Part shown: positions 8,499 through 16,420 of the stretch, piece by piece
How the letters are laid out: each line of letters starts with the position of its first letter
Numbering within the stretch: position 1 is the first letter of the stretch
Assembly: GCA_034520885.1 (NCBI GenBank)
Contig: JAXHNE010000003.1
Span: forward strand, 22,073 to 86,072
Length of the DNA: 64,000 nucleotides
Direction: 5' to 3'
Source: Candidatus Saccharimonadota bacterium
GTDB taxonomy: Bacteria > Patescibacteriota > Saccharimonadia > Saccharimonadales > JAXHNE01
The notes under the pieces: generated by a model
What the model was told of the DNA's origin: nothing
Database searches by the model: none
The model's input: the letters and a program-made list of their open reading frames with translations, nothing else
Position numbers and translations under genes: made by a program

Positions 8499-9232
8499 CT
8501 CACGAAGTAAACTCACCAGAATTTTTTGGGCTTCACCCAGGAGACGAAGGTTATGATACTTTCGCGGACGATTTTCCAGTCGGAGAGAACGGTGTTGCCG
8601 ACTACCGCACCTCTGATTTCGAGATGGGACATGACGTTGGAACGATGGTGTTACGCGATATAGTGCATCAGCACTGGAGTATTGCTAATGTCCACTTTGG
8701 TTACGCGGATATGGATACAAGCCAATACGAGTTCAATAATGGCACTGGTTTCCAGGTGCCACCACTTAGGCCAGAAACGAAGCAAGAGTTCGATAAAATT
8801 CGAAGGGAAATAGATCAACAAAGCCAGGAAATTCACGCACGTCGAAAAGGGCCGGGTTTCAGGTTTGTCCAAGAACGACCAACTCAACACGAAGCACTTT
8901 TGTTGAAAGCAAATAGGCTGCTTGAGAGAATTCAGGCTTTAGACGATCCCGAAGAACGGTCACCCGAGTTAACTGAGATCATTAAAAAAGAACTCAAGCA
9001 GCGAGGGGTGGATTATCTTGAGAAATTGTATGGTTGCGATGTAGCGCAACTTTCAGACGAAGACCGGGAAGTCTTGACAGCAACGAAAAATGCGCTGCGT
9101 ACAAGGGGCGTGTACTTAAAACCAGATTATCTTATGACCGTTAAAGCAAATCAGAAACCTGGAAAACCCGTTGGTAAGGAGCACGAACCCGTCTCTGACG
9201 ATTTAGCTTGGGAACTGATTTATCAAGATTAA
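8495..9232 (+). CDS. hypothetical protein (245 aa) inserted between rplK and rplA
   Basis: ATGA overlap with the rplK stop; no recognisable domain; more AT-rich than neighbours by eye. Confidence 0.45.
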   Translation: MTHEVNSPEFFGLHPGDEGYDTFADDFPVGENGVADYRTSDFEMGHDVGTMVLRDIVHQHWSIANVHFGYADMDTSQYEFNNGTGFQVPPLRPETKQEFDKIRREIDQQSQEIHARRKGPGFRFVQERPTQHEALLLKANRLLERIQALDDPEERSPELTEIIKKELKQRGVDYLEKLYGCDVAQLSDEDREVLTATKNALRTRGVYLKPDYLMTVKANQKPGKPVGKEHEPVSDDLAWELIYQD

Positions 9233-9339
9233 TAAATAATTTTTGTGGGAGCCGTCCTATGCGTAAAGCTACGGAGGCGATTGAACCACGACCCCAGTAG
9301 TAAGCCATGCTACGTACGGGGCAGGAAGGAGTAATAATT

Positions 9340-10302
9340 ATGGCAAAGACGAAAGCGGACTTACTGGCCGAGGCGAAAGAGCTGGGGCTGGATTTGAGTG
9401 AAAAATTAAAGGTAGCGGAAATTGCCGCCGAAATAAAAGCCGCGAAGACCGTGCCGACCGCCAAAGCCGGAAAGCGCAGTAGCAAAGGCATCAAAGAGGC
9501 CGCGGAAAAAGAAGCCAAGCTGGAGCTTCAACAAGAAGGCGACAAAGAAGCCGACGAAGAAGCAGGCAAACCTAAGCAGCCCGTAAAACCGGCGCGGCCT
9601 AAGCTGGAACGCCAAGGCAAGAAGCATCGCGAAGCCGCAAAACTAGTAGAAAAGGGCAAAAACTACGCCCTGAAACCGGCCGCCGAACTTTTACCCAAAA
9701 TTTCTACCGCTAAATTCGACGCGACCGCGGAACTGCACATTCGTTTGAACGTTGATCCCAAGCAGTCCGATCAAAACATTCGTGATCAAGTCGTTTTACC
9801 GGCCGGAACCGGAAAAGACGTTCGCGTGGCGGTATTCGGTGAAGACGCCGAAGTTGCCACGGCCAAAAAAGCCGGGGCGGAAGTAGCCGGGGGAGACAGC
9901 TTGCTTGCTAAACTCGATAAAGGTGAATTTGACTTCGATGTGTTAATTGCCAGCCCGAAAGTAATGGCCAAACTGGGCAAATATGCCCGCCAACTCGGAC
10001 CGAAAGGTTTAATGCCCAACCCGAAGAGCGGTACGGTTTCTACCGATATTGAAAAGGCCGTCACGGAAGCCAAGGCCGGGCGCGTGGAGTACCGGGTAGA
10101 CGAAGCCGGTATCGTACACGTCGCTTTCGGAAAAGTGAGTTTCGGTGCCGATAAATTGCTGGAAAACCTCCAGGCCATCCTGCGCAGCATTAAAAACAAT
10201 AAGCCGGGAAGCATCAAAGGTTCGTATATTTCCAGCGCTTTCGTAACCGTAAGCATGGGGCCGTCCGTGAAGCTGGACATCAGCGAAATAAACGCTTTGT
10301 AA
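9340..10302 (+). CDS. rplA: 50S ribosomal protein L1 with about 95-aa Lys/Ala/Glu-rich N-terminal extension
   Basis: Start chosen at the ATG after GGAAGGAG (the track ORF starts at 9307). Canonical L1 core from ...GKKHREAAKLVEKGKNYALKPAAELLPKISTAKFDATAELHIRL. Confidence 0.9.
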   Translation: MAKTKADLLAEAKELGLDLSEKLKVAEIAAEIKAAKTVPTAKAGKRSSKGIKEAAEKEAKLELQQEGDKEADEEAGKPKQPVKPARPKLERQGKKHREAAKLVEKGKNYALKPAAELLPKISTAKFDATAELHIRLNVDPKQSDQNIRDQVVLPAGTGKDVRVAVFGEDAEVATAKKAGAEVAGGDSLLAKLDKGEFDFDVLIASPKVMAKLGKYARQLGPKGLMPNPKSGTVSTDIEKAVTEAKAGRVEYRVDEAGIVHVAFGKVSFGADKLLENLQAILRSIKNNKPGSIKGSYISSAFVTVSMGPSVKLDISEINAL

Positions 10303-10306
10303 TAAC

Positions 10307-10330
10307 TGTTATATAACTAGTTATATAACA
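10307..10330. repeat. 24-bp perfect palindrome TGTTATATAACTAGTTATATAACA, copy 1
   Basis: Self-complementary by inspection; starts 5 nt after the rplA stop. Confidence 0.9.
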
Positions 10331-10445
10331 GTTTATAGTTGTCAGTCTTCAGTTGTCCGTTCTCAGTCTTCAATCAGCAGATTACAGACAACAAATCACG
10401 GATAACAATTCAAAATATGAAAACTGGCGCCAAACGGTTCAAATA

Positions 10446-10487
10446 AATAATACTAGAATTAATACTAGCATTAATTCTAGTATTATT
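10446..10487. repeat. AT-rich perfect hairpin (18-bp stem, 6-nt loop)
   Basis: AATAATACTAGAATTAAT-ACTAGC-ATTAATTCTAGTATTATT; all 18 pairs checked by hand. Confidence 0.85.
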
Positions 10488-10813
10488 GCTCTGCAACAGG
10501 GGTTAGACAACTGTAACTATAAGATCAATATCGTAGGCAGTAACGAATTATATGAAGCTGACTGGTCAGCTTCCCGTCAGCAATCTTTTGAGTCGGCAAA
10601 AGATTGCAACAAAAGCCGACAGGCGGCTGAAACAACAGCTACGGCCGTTGTCACAATCAGGCTTACTGTGAAACTCACAAAAATAGTCCCACTGGCACTA
10701 TTTTTGCTCAGACAGTCCTCGTACCCAAGGGCGCCTAATTCCCACAACGCCCGTCCAGGTTGTTCCAGAGCCTGGAGCCCAGGTGAACAACTGCCGAGGG
10801 CAGTTGTAACTAC

Positions 10814-10840
10814 ATAAAAAAACAAGCTTGAGGCTTGTTT
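10814..10840 (-). terminator. terminator-like hairpin (T-run on minus strand)
   Basis: A7 followed by AACAAGC-TTGAG-GCTTGTT. Confidence 0.35.
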
Positions 10841-10904
10841 GCCCAAACAGTTCGGTCAGAGCCCGGAACAACGCAACTACCGAAGACGGAGGACGGACAA
10901 CTGA

Positions 10905-11165
10905 CAACTACCACCCCTCATCTATCGCCTATCATCCATCAACTATCAATCCTCATCTATTGCGACGAAGTCGCTCGCCATCTTCCACCTTCCAAATTCC
11001 ATCTTCCACCTACCAACTACCACCTACTAACTACCACTCATCTATCATCCATTGCGACGAAGTCGCCTACCACCTACTAACTTCCATATTCCAACTTCTA
11101 CCCTCTAACCTCTAACCTCTAACGTCTACCCTCTAGCATCTAACCCTTAAAACCTATAAACTAAC
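10905..11165 (+). repeat. G-depleted tract with 7-nt periodicity, interrupted by two GCGACGAAGTCGC hairpins
   Basis: CCA recurs every 7 nt from 10978 to about 11036. CTA recurs every 7 nt from 11098 to 11163. ATTGCGACGAAGTCGC occurs twice (about 10959-10974 and about 11051-11066). Confidence 0.8.
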
Positions 11166-11169
11166 CAAC

Positions 11170-11649
11170 ATGGGGCATATTCACGAACTCTACGATTTTA
11201 CGGCCAGCGCGTTTATCGTGAATGATCAGCGAGTATTGCTTATACACCATAAAAAAATTGGCAAGTGGCTCCAGCCCGGAGGGCATATTGAGCTTGATGA
11301 AGACCCTTTGCAGGCGCTATACCGTGAAATCAAGGAGGAAACTGGCTTAACCAAAGACGCGCTTTCGATCATTGAGACGACACAGCATAAACGAAGTCGG
11401 GGCAAGAAAGGCAACAACAAAATATTGCCGCTACCGTTTGACATCAACGTGCATCCTTTTAACGACACTCATAAACATATTGATCTTTGCTACTTATTAA
11501 CCGCTAGTCACGACACTGTCGTAAATGAAGAGGATAAAGCCCATGATATTGGGTGGTTCACGCTGACAGAAATAAAACGATTAACTGCGCGCGGTCTGGC
11601 GTTCCCCGATACGCTGGAACTGGCTACCTTCGCGCTTAAATACGCCTGA
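11170..11649 (+). CDS. Nudix hydrolase
   Basis: Nudix box GGHIELDEDPLQALYREIKEETGL. Confidence 0.85.
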   Translation: MGHIHELYDFTASAFIVNDQRVLLIHHKKIGKWLQPGGHIELDEDPLQALYREIKEETGLTKDALSIIETTQHKRSRGKKGNNKILPLPFDINVHPFNDTHKHIDLCYLLTASHDTVVNEEDKAHDIGWFTLTEIKRLTARGLAFPDTLELATFALKYA

Positions 11650-11728
11650 AGTTCTGCTACAATAAACTTATGATTATGCTGGCAATTCGACGCTGGGTTC
11701 CGTATTTGGATGAAATGCAAGAAAGGGT

Positions 11729-12502
11729 GTGTTTTTCAAAATGATCGTACTGGGAATGACCGGGCCGATTAGTCACGGCAAAACCACCTTCGCCGAAGCC
11801 CTTGAAGAACTGGAGCCCAAAACCATCCACCTGGAGTCCAGTATCGTGATCGCGCGGGTGGCCAATGCCATGCACGCCGTTTTGGAGCGCGTGCCCGATC
11901 CGTACGATATCCAAGATTTGAACGAATGGCTGAAGCATCTGCCCCGAATTTTAAAAGAAACCGTCCACACCGACGCTACTTTCGAGCAACTTCGCCTGGA
12001 TCAAGCCAGTATCGAACAGCACCCGGTAGAGTATCAAAAACTGATTATTCACGTTGAACAACTGCGTAAAGACCCGGGGCTAGCGCGCCAGGCAATAACG
12101 ATTGACAATAAAGAAACGTATCGACCGTTTTTGCAGTGGCTGGGCGGTTATCTCGTGCAAAAAGTCGATTCCGACATCTGGTTCAACGAAATCGTTCGCA
12201 TGATGTACGAGGCCGAGTCCACCGGTGTGAAGCTGTGTATTATTGGTGGTTTACGTTTTCCCAACGATGCCGCGGCCATTCGCCACGCCGGCGGGCAAAT
12301 CGTAAAAGTCTATCGGCCCGGACATTTGCAAAACGACATGCTGGATCCGACGGAACGGGAACGTGATAATATTCCGGTGGACTGTACGATTATGAGTAAC
12401 GGCACCGTAGAAGACGTTAAAGTCTGTGCCAAACACGTACTGGAAGATATTCGCAATAATCGCTTGTCCTCGTTATACCAAACCAAACGCGAAAATACCT
12501 AA
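11729..12502 (+). CDS. P-loop nucleotide/nucleoside-monophosphate kinase-like protein
   Basis: N-terminal MIVLGMTGPISHGKTTFAE Walker A; sits inside a deoxypyrimidine gene cluster. The start could be the internal ATG at 11741. Confidence 0.45.
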   Translation: MFFKMIVLGMTGPISHGKTTFAEALEELEPKTIHLESSIVIARVANAMHAVLERVPDPYDIQDLNEWLKHLPRILKETVHTDATFEQLRLDQASIEQHPVEYQKLIIHVEQLRKDPGLARQAITIDNKETYRPFLQWLGGYLVQKVDSDIWFNEIVRMMYEAESTGVKLCIIGGLRFPNDAAAIRHAGGQIVKVYRPGHLQNDMLDPTERERDNIPVDCTIMSNGTVEDVKVCAKHVLEDIRNNRLSSLYQTKRENT

Positions 12503-12603
12503 GCATAAGCTTATTGGATAATATTACAACGCTTTTGACAATTTTTTACTTGCCGATTCCTCTGTTAGTTAGCTACACTGGTAGTCAAACGCGGAGGTAA
12601 CGT

Positions 12604-13317
12604 TTGGGAGTTTATAGTAATAAACAAATTCGTGAGGCGATAGAAAACGAGCATATTGTCTGCGTGCCGTTTAATCCGAGACACGTCAGCCATGCCAGTA
12701 TGGACGTAACACTGGGGTATTACTTTTATCAAACCGACCAGGCCAAAAAAGGCTATGTCTACAATCCGTTCGATGAAGCCGACGTCCGGCGCTATTTCGG
12801 AGAGGTACAGCAAGCAGTGCCGCACAAGGACTGGTGTGCCGCCAACGGCGTACGTTTACTCGAAGGCGTCCCGGGAGATCACCCGGTAATCCCGCTCGGC
12901 CCGGGAGAGCGAATCCTGGCTCACACCCACGAGTTCTTCGGTATCAAGCCGCCGGGAGCGTACGAGGTGAAATCCCGTTCCAGCTGGGGGCGCAACGGCA
13001 TCGCGGTATGTTTTGACGCCGGCTGGGTCGACCCGGGGTATATTAATCGCTTAACCCTGGAAATTTATAACTTGAACGAACACGAAACAGTGCTGCTTCC
13101 GGTCGGCGAACGAATCGCCCAGGCGGTCTTCTTAGAAACCGGTGAGGTCGAAGGCAACTACGGCGAAGGGCGTGACGACGGTATGAGCGGTAAGTACCAA
13201 ACCGGCACCAACCTGGAAGAGCTGATTTCCGGATGGACGCCGGAGCAGATGCTTCCCAAAGCGTACAAGGACAAGCGTTCTCTCCCGGGAGTGATAAAGG
13301 GTTTAAAAGCCCGGTAA
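12604..13317 (+). CDS. dcd: dCTP deaminase (dUTPase-fold)
   Basis: TTG start; motifs SMDVTLG, GWVDPGYINRLTLEIYN, VGERIAQAVF typical of the Dcd family. Confidence 0.8.
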   Translation: MGVYSNKQIREAIENEHIVCVPFNPRHVSHASMDVTLGYYFYQTDQAKKGYVYNPFDEADVRRYFGEVQQAVPHKDWCAANGVRLLEGVPGDHPVIPLGPGERILAHTHEFFGIKPPGAYEVKSRSSWGRNGIAVCFDAGWVDPGYINRLTLEIYNLNEHETVLLPVGERIAQAVFLETGEVEGNYGEGRDDGMSGKYQTGTNLEELISGWTPEQMLPKAYKDKRSLPGVIKGLKAR

Positions 13318-13394
13318 CCCCCGTTAAAAACGGTGATGGAGATTTATATGAGTCAGGACACGAGCAAACAAACACGGAAAGGGCCTTTAGCGGG

Positions 13395-15740
13395 ATGACA
13401 CAAGCCGAGGAACAAGGTGTGTTTTTTGTTATTGAAGGAACTGACGGTTCCGGCAAAGGTACTCAGTTTCAAAAATTAGCGGAACGGTTAAGCGGTGAAG
13501 GCTACGACGTCGCCACCTTTGACTTTCCGCGGTACGACCAACCCTCCAGCTATTTCGTACGTGAATATTTAAACGGCAATTACGGCTCCGCGGAAAATGT
13601 CGGCCCTTACACCGGTTCACTGTTTTACGCTTTGGATCGTTACGCGGCCGCCCGGCACATACGCGAAGCGTTAAACCAAGGCAAGATCGTACTGGCCAAC
13701 CGTTTCAGCGGCTCTAACATGGCGCACCAAGGAACGAAGTTCCAACACAGCGAAGAACGGCGCGGCTATTTCATTTGGCTGGATAATTTGGAATTCCAGA
13801 TGCTGGACATTCCGCGCCCGACCAAGTCGTTCGTGCTGCGCGTTCCGGCGGATATCGCCCAAAAACTGGTCGACCAAAAGGGCAAGCGCGAATATACCGA
13901 CAAAAAACGCGATTTGCACGAGGCAGATATTGACCACTTGCGAAAATCGGTAGAGGTGTTCGACGAACTGTGCGAACTCTTCCCCAGGGATTTTCAGCGG
14001 ATAGATTGCGTGCGGGATAAAAAGTTGATGGACGTTGAGCGGGTACACGAACAACTGTATAAAACCATTGAGTCGTATCTGCCCAAACCGAACGAAAAGC
14101 CTGGCTCTCAAGACTCCAAAGCGGCAAAAACGGAAGTCAAAACTACCAAGGGCGACGTTGAATACGTCACCAAGGATGACGAAGGCATTTACCGCATGAC
14201 GAAAGCCGGCGAGGATTACTTAAGTGATATCGTTACCAGCACCGAAGATAACGTCTACGCTTTTACCGAGGAACTGCCGCCATTGACCATTTCCGCGGCC
14301 ATGGCCCGCCTCTCACGCCGGGGTGACGATATGCGCGTGACCATTTTGGACGAGTTCACGCACGCCGCGCAAAAGGACGAAAAACTGCTTAAAAAGGTGA
14401 TCACCGCTTACGGGGACGACTCCGTGCAGCAGCTCGTCGGGCAACACGTCGTGGTGGAGGAAGCCTCCAACCTGCTGACAAAAAAGCTGGAATGGGGGCG
14501 TTTGGCGGCCTATTTGGAGCAGTCCACGCGCTACATTTACTTTGATCAGAAGGATCGCCGCGGTAAATACAAATATGTCGTACCCGATCACTTCGATGAA
14601 CCCACCAAAACGGCGTACGTAAAATCCATGGACACTATTTTTGACGGGTATTCCAAGCTGGTACGCCAACTGACCGATTATATTCGCGGCAAGGACAAAA
14701 CGCCGGAAAAAGAGCGTGACGGGGCGTGGAAAGGCGCGACGCGAGCCCAGGCCTGTGATGCCGCCCGCCCGCTGTTACCGGTGGCCACCAAGTCCACGGT
14801 GGGTATTTACGCCTCCGGACAGGCACTGGAAAGCCTGATCATGCACTTAATGGCCGACGAACTCCCGGAAGCCAAACGAACCGGTGAAAAACTCCTCAAG
14901 CACGCCCGCGAAGTCATCCCCACGTTTTTGGAAAGAGCCGACAAGCCGGATCGTGGCGGAGCCACCATTGCTTATTTGGCGAACACGCGAAAAGGCGTTG
15001 CCGAACTAGCCAAAAAAGAACTCCCGGAAAACTATGCCCCGGAAACCGAGGCGGTCACTCTTAATTCGCACTGGCCGAAAAATGAGCTCGACCTGGTGCC
15101 GGATATGCTTTATGAACACAGCAGCTTGCCGCTGGAAGACATTAAAAACGAAGTCCGCACCTGGCCGATCGATAAAAAATACGAAGTGTTCGACGCTTAC
15201 GTGGGCGAACGCCTGAATCGGCGGCACAAGCCGGGGCGAGCCATTGAAAAAGCGCATTACAGTTGGGATTTGGTGTGTGATTACGGGATTTTCCGTGATT
15301 TGCAGCGGCACCGCATGGTGGATGATTTGAATTGGCAAATACTTACGCCGCGTTACGGATATGACACGCCAAATATCGTGGAAGAAGCCGGTTTGAGCGA
15401 TCTGTTCCTGGCTTGTTTCGACGAAAGCCTAAAACTCTACAGCGCGCTACAATCCGCCGGTTACGAGCACGAAGCGCAATACGCCACGCTACTGGGGCAC
15501 AAAATGCGCTGGAAAGTGACTTACAACGCCCGTGAGGCCTTCCACTTGCACGAACTACGCACCAGCCCGCAAGGACACCCCGGGTATCGCAAACTCGTAA
15601 AAGAAATGCACGACAAGCTGTGCGAAGTCCACCCCGTACTTGGCGAAGCCATGAAATTCGTCAACAAAGGCGAAGATCCCGAATTATCGCGTCTAGCCGC
15701 GGAGCGCTACACCCAATTCAAGCTAAAAAACCTGTCTTAG
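13395..15740 (+). CDS. fusion protein: thymidylate kinase (N-terminal) plus duplicated ThyX-like FAD-dependent thymidylate synthase (C-terminal)
   Basis: The Tmk part carries FFVIEGTDGSGKGTQ and DRY. The ThyX-like halves carry AAYLEQSTRY, LQRHRMV...TPRYG and HLHELRTSPQGHPGYR. Start set at the in-frame ATG 13395 because the track ORF (13233) overlaps the dcd end. Confidence 0.7.
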   Translation: MTQAEEQGVFFVIEGTDGSGKGTQFQKLAERLSGEGYDVATFDFPRYDQPSSYFVREYLNGNYGSAENVGPYTGSLFYALDRYAAARHIREALNQGKIVLANRFSGSNMAHQGTKFQHSEERRGYFIWLDNLEFQMLDIPRPTKSFVLRVPADIAQKLVDQKGKREYTDKKRDLHEADIDHLRKSVEVFDELCELFPRDFQRIDCVRDKKLMDVERVHEQLYKTIESYLPKPNEKPGSQDSKAAKTEVKTTKGDVEYVTKDDEGIYRMTKAGEDYLSDIVTSTEDNVYAFTEELPPLTISAAMARLSRRGDDMRVTILDEFTHAAQKDEKLLKKVITAYGDDSVQQLVGQHVVVEEASNLLTKKLEWGRLAAYLEQSTRYIYFDQKDRRGKYKYVVPDHFDEPTKTAYVKSMDTIFDGYSKLVRQLTDYIRGKDKTPEKERDGAWKGATRAQACDAARPLLPVATKSTVGIYASGQALESLIMHLMADELPEAKRTGEKLLKHAREVIPTFLERADKPDRGGATIAYLANTRKGVAELAKKELPENYAPETEAVTLNSHWPKNELDLVPDMLYEHSSLPLEDIKNEVRTWPIDKKYEVFDAYVGERLNRRHKPGRAIEKAHYSWDLVCDYGIFRDLQRHRMVDDLNWQILTPRYGYDTPNIVEEAGLSDLFLACFDESLKLYSALQSAGYEHEAQYATLLGHKMRWKVTYNAREAFHLHELRTSPQGHPGYRKLVKEMHDKLCEVHPVLGEAMKFVNKGEDPELSRLAAERYTQFKLKNLS
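15711..15739 (+). repeat. 3'-end repeat of the tmk-thyX gene, copy 1 (functional end)
   Basis: ACCCAATTCAAGCTAAAAAACCTGTCTTA. Confidence 0.9.
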
Positions 15741-15874
15741 CTTCGTGGATTATTAGAGCAAAATTTTTAACTCCAGCGCGAAACATATCGAGTGATACGT
15801 TGAGCAAAGAGTTGGGAATTTTGGCTGATAAGGCCGGAGGTAAGGTGGTTATTTTGGTTTGACTTGGGTGTATG

Positions 15875-15903
15875 ACCCAATTCAAGCTAAAAAACCTGTC
15901 TTA
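15875..15903 (+). repeat. 3'-end repeat of the tmk-thyX gene, copy 2 (orphan)
   Basis: Identical 29 bp, preceded by ATG and followed by A, giving the mini-ORF MTQFKLKNLS-stop. Confidence 0.9.
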
Positions 15904-15912
15904 AGCCACTTT

Positions 15913-16371
15913 TTAGTCAGCTAGAGTAAGCAGGTCTTCGCGGACGCTTTCACTGGTTTCTGGTAATCGATGTGACAATACGGAAAAATTGGATGCATCG
16001 TCGATGAATCCCGTTTGGGTTGCCATTGGGCCGATACATTCAATTACTCTGAGCGTTCTTTCGCTTTCCGGATCGTAAAGATCAATCGCACCGGATATTG
16101 TGGATGGAGCTTCGAAAGTGTTTTCAGCTTCCTCGATTCCGTGAGATCGAAGATTCATGATCAAAGAAAGCCACACCTTATTGGAGACTGCTTCCGGATT
16201 GGCTACCCGAGGAAAGTGCCCAATATTAGCACTGGCTTGTTTCGTTTGGTCATTTCTAATTGCCTTAACGACTCTGTCAATTCGTTCATGCAATGGGGAA
16301 ATGTCGATTTCACCTTCCGGAGACGGTATTTCAATGCCATATTGTAGATACGGGTCATTCTCGATATTCAT
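15913..16371 (-). CDS. hypothetical protein (152 aa)
   Basis: ORF with a GAGGAAG RBS; no recognisable motif. Confidence 0.45.
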   Translation of the reverse strand: MNIENDPYLQYGIEIPSPEGEIDISPLHERIDRVVKAIRNDQTKQASANIGHFPRVANPEAVSNKVWLSLIMNLRSHGIEEAENTFEAPSTISGAIDLYDPESERTLRVIECIGPMATQTGFIDDASNFSVLSHRLPETSESVREDLLTLAD

Positions 16372-16383
16372 TGCTTCCTCATG

Positions 16384-16420
16384 AAAAAACCGGATCCCTT
16401 TTCTCGGAGATCCGGTTTTT
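16384..16420. terminator. bidirectional terminator-like hairpin
   Basis: AAAAAA-CCGGATC...GATCCGG-TTTTT. Confidence 0.45.

Noticed and set aside
9240-9339. The leader before rplA (GGGAGCCGTCC...ACGGAGGCG...), considered as an L1-binding autoregulatory site.
   Set aside because: I cannot derive a convincing 23S-mimic structure by hand. It is left as unannotated leader.
10353-11115. Track ORFs 10353-10817 (154 aa), 10828-11115 and 10835-11080 in the rplA-Nudix gap.
   Set aside because: The translations are low-complexity products of hairpins and 7-nt periodic repeats, with no RBS. I treat the region as non-coding.
11729-13317. The P-loop kinase plus dCTP deaminase pair, considered as a split version of the defensive kinase-deaminase dNTP-depletion systems.
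   Set aside because: The deaminase here has the housekeeping trimeric Dcd/dUTPase-fold signature. It sits with Nudix and Tmk-ThyX in a coherent dTTP pathway, and its base composition is backbone-like.
13233-13394. An upstream extension of the tmk-thyX ORF that overlaps dcd by 85 nt.
   Set aside because: The Tmk P-loop begins right after the in-frame ATG at 13395, and the extension has no homology signal and overlaps the dcd coding end.
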